From contig NC_087471.1 in the NCBI RefSeq assembly GCF_036321535.1, positions 4,898,001 through 4,962,000 of the forward strand: a stretch of DNA of 64,000 nucleotides, in the 5' to 3' direction. This DNA is from Camelus dromedarius (lineage: Eukaryota). The notes beneath the pieces are model-generated. The model saw only the letters and a program-made list of their open reading frames with translations, made no database searches and had not been told where the DNA came from. The translations under genes and the position numbers were made by a program. This document shows positions 49,633-59,010 of this stretch, piece by piece. How positions within the stretch are numbered: the first letter of the stretch is position 1; each line of letters opens with the position of its first letter.

Positions 49633-49724
49633 TTTTGTTTTTTTAACAGAGGTACTGGGGATTGAACCCAGGACCTTGTGCATGCTAGGCATACACTCTA
49701 CCACTGAGCTATACCCAGCACCCC
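49633..49724 (-). mobile_element. Vic-1-type SINE (short tail) with 7-bp TSD
   Basis: gaggtactggggattgaacccaggaccttgtgcatgctaggcatacactctaccactgagctataccc; atctact at 49626-49632 and 49730-49736. Confidence 0.85.
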
Positions 49725-50094
49725 AAGATATCTACTCTTAAGAGAAGTGACTTTGGCAACCAAAATTCTGATTTCCCTGCCCACATGTATAAAATTTAAC
49801 ATTTAGTGATGGTGCCATATCCATCACATTCCACAGTTCACATTTTATAGAGACAATTGAGACGGATACGGTCATGTTAGAACACTCCTCAGAAAGGGAT
49901 TTATCAGGCAGATTACAGCTGGATTGGTAAAGATTAATTTTATAAGAAAGGAGAAAGATTTCCAACATACAGATTTTATCTGCATTTGCCTCTCATGGGA
50001 CTCCTGAGAGAAATAATAATTTTTAAAACTACCTTAGTGAAGAAGTGGGTGATACTCACTGAAGCTATAACCTTCCATGCGGCTTATAGTCAAG

Positions 50095-50830
50095 ACTTAC
50101 TCATTTATAAAACAGATATTTAAGAACCTCTACTCTGCCGCCTTGGCACTTCCATAGCTACTGTGCCAGACAAAACCTCTGCCTGCTTAAATGTTACATT
50201 CTGGGGGGATGAAAGACAGTAAAACAGGCGTGGAGGACCATTTCAGACAGTGGTACGTGCTATGAAAAAAAATAAAATAAGGCAATAAAATACAGGGGAA
50301 GTGAAGGAGAGAAGAGTCAGAGAAGGTAATATTTAAGCTGGGATCAAAGTAACCAGATTCCGGCAGCCCTGCACACGAAGGAAAGAGCGCCCTGAACAGA
50401 CGGAACACGCGCAGAGGTCCTCGGAGGGCGTCAGCTTGCCGGGACTTGAGTCAGCAGAATGCCGCCGGCCGGCACGTGGTGAATGAGGGGCCATGTAGGC
50501 GATGAGTCAGACGGGGGCAGAGGCCAGATCGGGGTGACCTGGTGCACCGGCAGCAAAGAATGGCGTGCCGTCTTACTGCGTGGGAAGCTGCAGCACTTCA
50601 AGCAAGGGGTTAAAATGATCTCAGTGACATTATTTAAAGATGTCAGTCTAGCTCCCCGTGGAGAACTGGAGAACGAGCCTGTACGGCCAGGGGTGGGAGC
50701 CAAAGGACCGCACAGGCGACGGGTGGGTTCAGGGCATGTGGTGGGGCTCGGTCCTGGGGGGTTCTGTGTGGGGAGGGTAGAATCAGGGGGACTTCTGGAT
50801 TTGAGGCCTTGCCACTGGGATCAGTGAAGC
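50095..50830 (-). mobile_element. L2 remnant
   Basis: actcatttataaaacagatatttaagaacctctactctgcc...; gtggtacgtgctatgaaaaaaaataaaataagg. Confidence 0.6.
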
Positions 50831-51390
50831 CCGCTCAGCAGCAGAGCAAACCGAGGAGGTAGAGCTCTGGCCTAGGGGACAGTCAGGACCCCAGCTCTCA
50901 GGTCCTTTACCTCGTCTGCCCTCCCCGCCTGACTCCATAGTTACTCCCAGTCCCGTGGCACCTTCTCTCCTTACAAAGTGGGAGCGATGCCAGCAGCCCT
51001 CCCTCAGTTGCCACTGAGGCTGTAAAGGTAAGTGCAGAGCAATGTCTGAGGGGCTGTGAGTCGGTACCACCAAGATGTGACTGGCAGGAGCTATACTTTA
51101 CTCAGACTGAGAATTTTAAGAGAGTAATTTTACCTAGCGCCTCATTTTTCTTTGTTTCTTTTAAACGTTTTCAATTTATGCAGCAGAATTTAAATCTAGT
51201 ATGTTAAGTCTTCAAGATACAAGCTGCTTCGCTGGGTAAATATCTTAGGTGAACGCAGGCATTTCACATTAGGACAGGTGGCCTGCATGTCTTAGTGCAA
51301 AAAGAGTCCCCTGCAGTACCAGGCGAGCGCCTGAAGCGCCCAGTCTCCCAGCAGCTACCTGACTGTGTCTTCTGTGTGCTCTCTGCCCAG

Positions 51391-51473
51391 GTCCCAGCGA
51401 CTCCAGTTTGATGTCTCTTCCCCCAATGGCATCTTACTCTTCAGAGAAACCAGCAAGATGATAACGATGTACG
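51391..51473 (+). CDS. XPO7: Exportin-7 exon 22
   Basis: ctgcccag|...|gtgagt; 83 nt; (R)[27 protein letters not shown]. Confidence 0.97.
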
Positions 51474-51648
51474 GTGAGTGCTTAAGAGGAGCAGAGCCTG
51501 GGAGTGGGGTCCGGCTCAGTCGCCAGCTGTACGCAGCGTGGGCCACTCACACACTTGTGTCCCAGGGCCAGCTGGGGCCCGGGGCCTTTGGAGCAAGGAG
51601 GTGGAATTGGTACGTGATTGAATAAACGTGCTTCGTGTGTCTACTCAG

Positions 51649-51863
51649 GCAATCGCATCCTGACACTAGGAGAGGTCCCGAAGGATCAGGTCTACGCACT
51701 GAAGCTCAAGGGCATCTCCATCTGCTTCTCCATGCTGAAGGCTGCTCTCAGCGGGAGTTACGTCAATTTTGGAGTCTTCCGTCTCTATGGGGACGACGCC
51801 CTGGACAATGCTCTACAGACCTTCATCAAGCTGCTCCTCTCTATTCCCCACAGTGACCTCCTG
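51649..51863 (+). CDS. XPO7: Exportin-7 exon 23
   Basis: ctactcag|...|gtaagc; 215 nt; (G)[21 protein letters not shown]...SIPHSDLL. Confidence 0.97.
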
Positions 51864-52099
51864 GTAAGCCCTGAGCTTCGGCTGACAGGCTCCAAGCCCC
51901 TTGTCAGGTCAGGCTTTGTTTTGCTGAGACCGTGACTGAATGTTTCCCTGGAGGACTGTAAGCTGGCTCCACCTGGGTCTTTTGTCTTCCTGTTTGACGG
52001 GAGCTAAGCTTTTTTGCTTTTGTTTGTTTTTTGAGAGCTCTCGCTCTGTGCATGCCGAGGTACACAGAGCCGAGTAGACTTCCATCCTTTCTCTCACAG

Positions 52100-52238
52100 G
52101 ATTACCCCAAGCTCAGCCAGTCATACTATTCACTACTGGAAGTCCTGACGCAGGACCACATGAACTTTATTGCGAGCCTGGAACCTCGTGTCATCATGTA
52201 CATTCTCTCTTCCATTTCTGAAGGACTTACTGCACTTG
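52100..52238 (+). CDS. XPO7: Exportin-7 exon 24
   Basis: ctctcacag|...|gtaagc; 139 nt; [46 protein letters not shown]. Confidence 0.97.
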
Positions 52239-53504
52239 GTAAGCACCTGGGTGGGCTGGTAGGTTGGTAAACAGAAAGGGAGAATCTTGCCCCGGAATCC
52301 AAAAGGATTCCTGCGCTGGGAAATTGGCCCTGACAACAGAGTGCATAGCTCCTGGGCACATTCTCGTCCAGCAGCTCCTTCCTGACGCCCTCCCTCAGAC
52401 TAGGCGCTGTGCTCGGCGCTAAGGGTACAGCCGTTAGTAGCACGGAGTCCCTGTCCTTTCGGGGCTTTTTATCTGGCAGATGAAACAGACAGTGTGTAAC
52501 TGCACTAACCTGCTCCCACACAACAGTAGGGGCGGGGACGAAGTGCTGTGGGAGCTCTCGCGAAGAATGTACCTAAACTCCTGGTTTTGAAGAGGTGGGG
52601 TCCTGCCAGGCTGGCCGGAAGAATTGGTAGTGAAGTGTAAACCTAAGAGCTGAACAGGCGTTACCAGACGCGTGGGGGACGGCGCCTCCCAGCAGCAGCG
52701 CAGGGGGCAGGGAGGCGCCAGGAAGTCCGGGAGCTGGCACGCTCCGGCGGGCGGGCGGGAGAGAAGGAAAGGGGTGAAGTGAAGATGGGGGGAGGGAGGG
52801 AGAGGTGGGGCAGATCTGGAGACCATGAAGGGCGCCCTTAAGCCAGATCAGGTGTTTGGATTCTGTCCTTCGGGCAGTGGAAGGGTTTACACAGCTGGCT
52901 CCAGGAGGTTGTTCATCCTACTCCACCTGGTTCTTGCCAACCATTTTGTTACCAAGCTGCCTTGCAGCAGCCCTCGCAGGTGTGTGTGTGTTCAGGGAAT
53001 AAAATACATTTTATATTAGGCTGAGCAAAACATAAATAGGAAGATTAAGTTAGCTGCAAAACAATCGCAATATAGTGCAAATGCACAGAGGACTCTTGGA
53101 CTGTCTACCCTGGTGAGTTATCCCCAGTTCGGTGCCACTTCTCTGATAACGTGTTTACTGCCAGCAGGGTGCCTAGCTGTATCCAGAGCAGGCCAGCCAG
53201 GGTATCAGGCCCTGCCTTGGAAGGCTGTGTTACAGCTTCTTGAAAATAGAAGGGCCTCTGCATAGACGGAACCAGGACGGTTTACTCTTTTAAGGGCCCA
53301 TCCCGCGGTTCTCTGGCCTCAGCTCTGCCCACGCGCTGCGCTGTGGGGTCCCCTTTATAAGGTGCAGAGACGAGCCTGCATCTTCCCGCCGCACACTCCC
53401 CGGAGGTGCCGCTCTCACAGGCTGCAGATGTGGATAGGCTGCATTCAGCTGGGTGGGTGACGTCGCCCAGGTAGCTCGGGGTACAGGCTCACATCTCAGA
53501 CCTG

Positions 53505-53695
53505 GATTCTGATCACAGCCCTTCCAGTTACTAGTAGTGTGATCTTGAGGCAAGTCACATAACCTCCGCAAACTTCGGTTTACTCGTTTGCAGAGCAGAA
53601 CACCCACTTCCTGGAGCTCTCAGAAAGGTAAAGCAGACACCGCGGCCAACGAAGCCCTTAGCACAGTATCTGGCACAATGAAAGCACTCGCTGTG
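53505..53695 (+). mobile_element. MIR SINE
   Basis: gttactagtagtgtgatcttgaggcaagtcacataacctc...gcccttagcacagtatctggcaca. Confidence 0.7.
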
Positions 53696-54010
53696 TTGTA
53701 GGGGGTTTGTTACCTTTTGTGAAGCAGAAGACAGAAATCCACATTACACTGAGTCAGTAGTTTCAATGTTACTTACTTGTATTATTAGCTATTATGACAC
53801 GCTCACTTTCAAACTTAGAAGTGGACCTTGCTGTATGATGAGGGCGAGAGGTTAACAAGCAGCGGCCCAAGCAGCGGCCCTGGCTGCACCGGCCACAGTT
53901 TCCAGCCTGACTCTGTGGGGTCTCAGCTAAGGGCAGTCTGCGTTTGCCCAAGTCCCCGTTAGCAGCTCAGTGTCCCTGCTCTGCTCCACTCCTGCCCCTC
54001 TTTCTTCCAG

Positions 54011-54171
54011 ACACCATGGTGTGCACAGGCTGCTGCTCCTGCCTGGACCACATCGTGACATACCTCTTCAAGCAGCTGTCACGCAGCACCAAGAAGAGGA
54101 CGACACCCCTGAACCAGGAGAGTGACCGCTTCCTGCATATCATGCAGCAGCATCCAGAGATGATCCAGCAG
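54011..54171 (+). CDS. XPO7: Exportin-7 exon 25
   Basis: ttcttccag|...|gtaggg; 161 nt; (D)[21 protein letters not shown]...HPEMIQQ. Confidence 0.97.
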
Positions 54172-55115
54172 GTAGGGAGCTGAGGGGCAGGGGCAGCGTG
54201 GGGTGTCCCATATGGGAGAACCGCTCTGCGACGAGAGCGCGGAGGCCAAGCAAGGTGATGAGTCTAGTGTTTCACCTGGTTAATGCTGCCAAGGCAAAGT
54301 TTACGCCTTAAAATTGCCGTGGATTTTGAGTTTGCTGAGTAATCACTGGATATGGATGTAGAAAATCTGAAAAAAATCAGGTTCTGAATTTTTCTTCTGA
54401 GAGTCACACCAGTGCCCATAACCTGGGCCTGTCCCTTGAGCACTGTCCTCCTTCCATGACAATGACCTTGTTCACCCATTGCCGTAAATGGAGGCCAAGT
54501 TAGCGGTAGCCAGCGGTAAAATTTGTACTGCCACCTGCAGAACAGAAGCGAGAATGCAGGACAAAGGAAATAACCAGCCAGAGGGAGCTCAAACCATACA
54601 CTTGCCATCATTTTATTTCTATGCAGCATCTTTTCAAAAATAAGATCTGCAGAAATACACCAGGTAAAAATAGATAAGGAAAAATAGATTTTTTGCAAAT
54701 AGTATTTCAGCCAATCCCATCTTTGTCTACATTTTTCTCTAAAGAAGTAGTGAACGTCCCAAAAACATTATAAAGCTCTTTCTTCTGAGAATCGTTCCTG
54801 GGAACTACAGTGCAAGGCGATTTTGCATATTATAATCATTTACTTGATCCGTCCCATTCTCCACAGAAATCGGGGTTAACTGGGAAGGTCTGTTTTTAAA
54901 AGAATTATCAAACCAATTTAAAGAACAGGAAAGGAGTTATCTCGGCAAGAAAGCCTACCTTGTAATACAAGGTCAAAAGGAAGCTTCCAGAGATACCTGT
55001 TTGGCTCGCCCTGGACAGAAAAGGCCCTGCGCCTGATAAACTCCTCTGTTTGGAGTCTGTGATTCCCTCCCGGGTGGCCGTACACGAGGTCACTCCTCAG
55101 GTTCTCCATTTCCAG

Positions 55116-55214
55116 ATGCTGTCAACGGTGCTGAACATCATCATCTTTGAAGACTGCAGGAACCAGTGGTCTATGTCACGCCCTCTGCTTGGCTTGATTC
55201 TACTTAATGAGAAG
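55116..55214 (+). CDS. XPO7: Exportin-7 exon 26
   Basis: catttccag|...|gtaaga; 99 nt; [33 protein letters not shown]. Confidence 0.97.
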
Positions 55215-55731
55215 GTAAGAGAGCCAGCTCCCTGCGGTCACAGAGACACCCCACCCCCCGATGGTGAAACGGGGGAATGGCCCATTTCTGAGCGTGTCCT
55301 ATTCGTGCTTTGAACACCACAGTCACTTAATGGTCAGAAGTCAGCCCCTGGGTGGGGCAGGTCAGACAAAAAGTAAAGGATGAGGAAGTGTTACAAGGAG
55401 AGGGTGCACCTGGAGACCAGAGCACCCGAGACCTGAGTCCTGGCTCCAGCCCTACCATCAGCAAACAGAAATTAGCTTAGAGATCGCTAAGGAAGGAGGA
55501 TCTGGAGCCGATGGCCCTCACGGTGCTTACAAATTTAAAATTCTTGACTTTAAAGTAAGATAAAAATGTATCATCTTACCGGTGCTTGAACTTGAAAAAA
55601 CGTACCCAGTGTTGGTGCCGGTTCAGCGCTCCGTTTTTTCCGGGAGAACACCCCTTCCGTCTGCAGCCGATGGGAGGCCGGTTCGCCTTTCCCCGTATTC
55701 TCTCCTCACCTTCTCTCGCTTTGCCCCGCAG

Positions 55732-55859
55732 TATTTTTCTGACCTAAGGAACAGTATCGTGAACAGCCAGCCACCAGAGAAGCAGCAGGCTATGCACCTG
55801 TGTTTCGAAAACCTGATGGAAGGCATTGAGCGAAATCTTCTTACGAAAAACAGAGACAG
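55732..55859 (+). CDS. XPO7: Exportin-7 exon 27
   Basis: gccccgcag|...GAC AG|gtgagt; 128 nt; [42 protein letters not shown](R). Confidence 0.97.
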
Positions 55860-55961
55860 GTGAGTGTGGAGGGCCCTGCCAGAAAATCCTAGGCAGTTGT
55901 TGTTTTTCGAATCACTGAAATAAGGAAGATGCCTGAGAAGCCCTCTAGAGGCCGTCTGAAG

Positions 55962-56391
55962 CAGCGCTGCCCGACGGAGAAGCAGGCCCCGTCGGTGACA
56001 GCAAACTTCCCAGTAGCCACACCTGAAGAGGGGAAAAAATAACAAACAAAATTCATTTCGATGTTTTATTTAAGCCACGTATCCAAAGTATTATCATCTC
56101 AACTATAATCAGTATTTTTTAATTTAGAATTTTAACATCCTTTTTATTGTAGTAAGTCTTCAAGGTCCTGTGTGTTTCACACTTAATAGGGCATCTTAAT
56201 TTGGATGCTAAATGGATTTTTAAATTTTCTTTAATTTTAATTAATTTAAAATATGGCATTTTAATTTAAAGTTAATTAAGATGTGACTGGGGAATTTTGA
56301 ATTTAAAATTTTTTTTTAATCTGATTCAGTTCCTCAGTTGCACTGGGCACCATTCAGGTGCTCAGTAGCACCACCAAACTAGACAGCACGG
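55962..56391. mobile_element. MER33/Charlie5-type hAT MITE
   Basis: Starts cagcgctgccc; internal ttttatttaagccacgtatccaaagtattatcatctcaac; ends ggtgctcagtagc...agacagcacg. Confidence 0.7.
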
Positions 56392-56707
56392 GTCCCCTGG
56401 CATTAAGAAATGAGGCAGTGACACTCCCTTCCAGCCCCCACCTTGTGAGGGCTACTTCCCACCTCTGTCAGTGAGATTCCTTTTGTGCTGCTGTGAGCCC
56501 AGGACAGCCCTCAGAGCCCTGGATCGCGAGGCCTGCCATGAAGCTGTCAGGTCAGAGGGGGCACAAAACTGGCCCAACTTTTCCTTAAAGTCTTAAGACT
56601 GAGATGAACCAACTTTAGAAACCACCCATCAGTCCGCACACTCTGCCTCGTGAGCCACTTGCCAGCTAGAAACATTTTAGGCAAAGGCCTTTCCCTTCCG
56701 CCCTGCT

Positions 56708-56855
56708 NNNNNNNNNNNNNNNNNNNNNNNNNNNNNNNNNNNNNNNNNNNNNNNNNNNNNNNNNNNNNNNNNNNNNNNNNNNNNNNNNNNNNNNNNNNNN
56801 NNNNNNNNNNNNNNNNNNNNNNNNNNNNNNNNNNNNNNNNNNNNNNNNNNNNNNN
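56708..56855 (+). CDS. XPO7: Exportin-7 terminal exon 28 coding part and stop codon, inferred inside this N-gap
   Basis: The expected [30 protein letters not shown] (94 nt) is not in readable sequence. The left flank is a pyrimidine tract (ctttcccttccgccctgct). The right flank (gagcagcggccctgtggtctggcccagaggggcgaacaattgcaa) resembles the start of the human XPO7 3'UTR as I recall it. Confidence 0.65.
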
Positions 56856-57993
56856 GAGCAGCGGCCCTGTGGTCTGGCCCAGAGGGGCGAACAATTGCAA
56901 AGGAGAGGGCCTGGCTGATCCTGGCTCGCTCCTCCAGGGGTGTGGGGAAAACAGCAGAGGTCACCTAGCTTCTTCCCCAGGGAGTAGGGGTGTGCGTGCA
57001 CTCACAGGGGCAGGGCGCTGCTGGTTCCGGGGGGCTTGGGTGGGAAGGGCGGTGGGAGGAGATAGAGACACAAGCGTGTGAGACTCCAGCCCCCTCCCCT
57101 TGGGGCCGCCCAAGGAGNNNNNNNNNNNNNNNNNNNNNNNNNNNNNNNNNNNNNNNNNNNNNNNNNNNNNNNNNNNNNNNNNNNNNNNNNNNNNNNNNNN
57201 NNNNNNNNNNNNNNNNNNNNNNNNNNNNNNNNNNNNNNNNNNNNNNNNNNNNNNNNNNNNNNNGATTGTGTATGCGAGTGAGGAAAAAATGCGTATTCTG
57301 GTGGCCTGAAGCTTTACTGGACGAGGATGTGTGAACGTGCAGAGATATATTTAGTGACACAGTGTAGAGGCAAAAAAAAAAAAGTAAAAATTCCAAATGT
57401 ATATTTTTTCTTATTGCCCTTTCCTTGGCCCCCGAATTACCACTTCCTGGTCCTGCATTATCCTTGTTATTAGGAACTCTAAGCCATGCGAGCACCAGCC
57501 CACCCCGGCCCCGGCAGCCGTGGGTGCTGCCCGAGGCCCCTTGGCCTCCTGCAGCGGCAGACGGCTCCAGCCAAAAGTGTTTGGTGATCTCAGCTTCATC
57601 CTTTTCCCCACTTTGCTTCCCCTCCTCCTCAGACAGATGCCTCTTGCTTTTAAAAGTCAGATGTACCCCTGTGACCCAGGGTGCTTGGTCTCTGTAAAGG
57701 CGGGGACCAGAGAGAAGGAACCGAGCCGGCTGCTCTCCCGTCGAGCAGCTGGGATGAGTCCAGCAGAGGCCGCCACGTGCGGCCAAGAACTCTTCGTCTT
57801 CCCCAGCCCCCGGGGCAGCGTGCGTGGGTGTGTGCGTGTGGATATTTATATGTGTACCCTGCACTCGTGAATGTATGAACTGGAGGAAGTTACGACGGTG
57901 GAGGGGTTCTTAATAACAAGGTCTGCCTAGCATGAAGTATTTAACATCCTCCCGCCCCTTTAAAAATATACATTTTTATAAAATGAAAACCAT

Positions 57994-57999
57994 AATAAA
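57994..57999 (+). terminator. Proximal poly(A) signal AATAAA (ATTAAA follows at 58009-58014)
   Basis: cataATAAAtgttttgaatattaaaaag in an AU-rich part of the 3'UTR. Confidence 0.45.
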
Positions 58000-58299
58000 T
58001 GTTTTGAATATTAAAAAGAATTAACCTACAGAGGAAAAGTAGTGGGGAAAGCTGCCTGCCGTGTACTTTTCCCACATCGTTGCTGCTAGTTGTGCGCATC
58101 TCTAGTTCAGCTCTCGCCCATGGGACACTCATCAATTAGGTTTTATTTTATTTTCTCTCCTACCCCCAGAAACAAGCCTGTTAATTTTTTTTTCCCCTTC
58201 TCCTCTGGCGACTGTGTGGTGAATCCTTTCTTGCGTGATCAGGTTGCGGATAGACTTGTAAGGGTGTTTGCTGCATACAGTGTAAGCATTGTGACCGCC

Positions 58300-58305
58300 A
58301 ATAAA
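58300..58305 (+). terminator. Main XPO7 poly(A) signal AATAAA
   Basis: gaccgccAATAAActtaagtggtttctactg, followed by GT-rich sequence (gtccagtgtgtcc). Confidence 0.7.
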
Positions 58306-58860
58306 CTTAAGTGGTTTCTACTGACCTGGTTCGAGCAGTCCAGTCCAGTGTGTCCGCAGGGGCGCGCCTCACTGAGCACGTGGAGACGTGTGAAACGTGC
58401 GTTCCTATGAGCCAGCGGGTGACAGGGACCCCCTCAACCTTGTGAAATTAGCTCGCATCTCACTGGGCTAAGTCTGACTCAAGGTCTTTTAAAGAGAGAG
58501 CTGGTTTAGTGATGTATATATCTATATAAAAACTAGGCTGTGTCCCCAGCACGGAAGTGAAGCCACTCTGCCTCTTCACAGGCTTCCAGGTAACAAATGG
58601 CGCGGCAACCAGCAGAGAAGTAGTAACAGCAGAGACCCCGGCTTTGTTGCTGTTCTGACATCTCCTCTAATGTGGGCTGGGCTTCACTCATTAGACCCCT
58701 GGCAAGTCCAAGGATAAATGCTATCCCCTAAAATACTTCGCAGAATTATCAAGTGAAGAACATAGTAGTTAACAGGGACTATTTCGCGTCCCCGTGCTAC
58801 GTAGGACCTCCGTATAAAACAATTTAGTTGCCAAGAACATTGAAAAGTATTAAGGTACAA

Positions 58861-59010
58861 GGGGGAGGGTGTAGCTCAGTGGTAGAGCACGTGCCTAGCG
58901 TGCGGGAGGGCCTGGGTTCAGTCCCCAGTATCTCCATTTAAAAAAGCAAATAACCTAATTACCTCCTCCTCCCCTTTAAAAAAAAAAAAAAAGAAAGAAA
59001 AAAATTTTTT
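58861..59010 (+). mobile_element. Vic-1-type SINE with 15-bp TSD
   Basis: gggggagggtgtagctcagtggtagagcacgtgcctagc...ggttcagtcccc plus A tail; aagtattaaggtaca (58845-58859) and aagtatgaaggtaca (59012-59026). Confidence 0.9.

Larger units (their letters stand above)
56856..58325 (+). other. XPO7: XPO7 3' UTR
   Basis: Non-repeat sequence after the inferred stop codon, ending at AATAAA 58300-58305 with a downstream GU-rich tract; end coordinate approximate. Confidence 0.7.

Noticed and set aside
53857-53880. Short tandem duplications (aagcagcggccc x2 here; cagcgggca x2.8 at 35371-35395)
   Set aside because: Ordinary replication-slippage products with no sign of array or CRISPR-like structure.
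54290-54850. Unidentified segment in intron 25 with a 144-aa minus-strand ORF
   Set aside because: No splice or coding signature and no family recognised with confidence; probably an old repeat that needs a Dfam search.
56965-57864. 299-aa minus-strand ORF, the longest in the track
   Set aside because: It spans an N-gap, is antisense to the GC-rich XPO7 3'UTR and has no recognisable domain.
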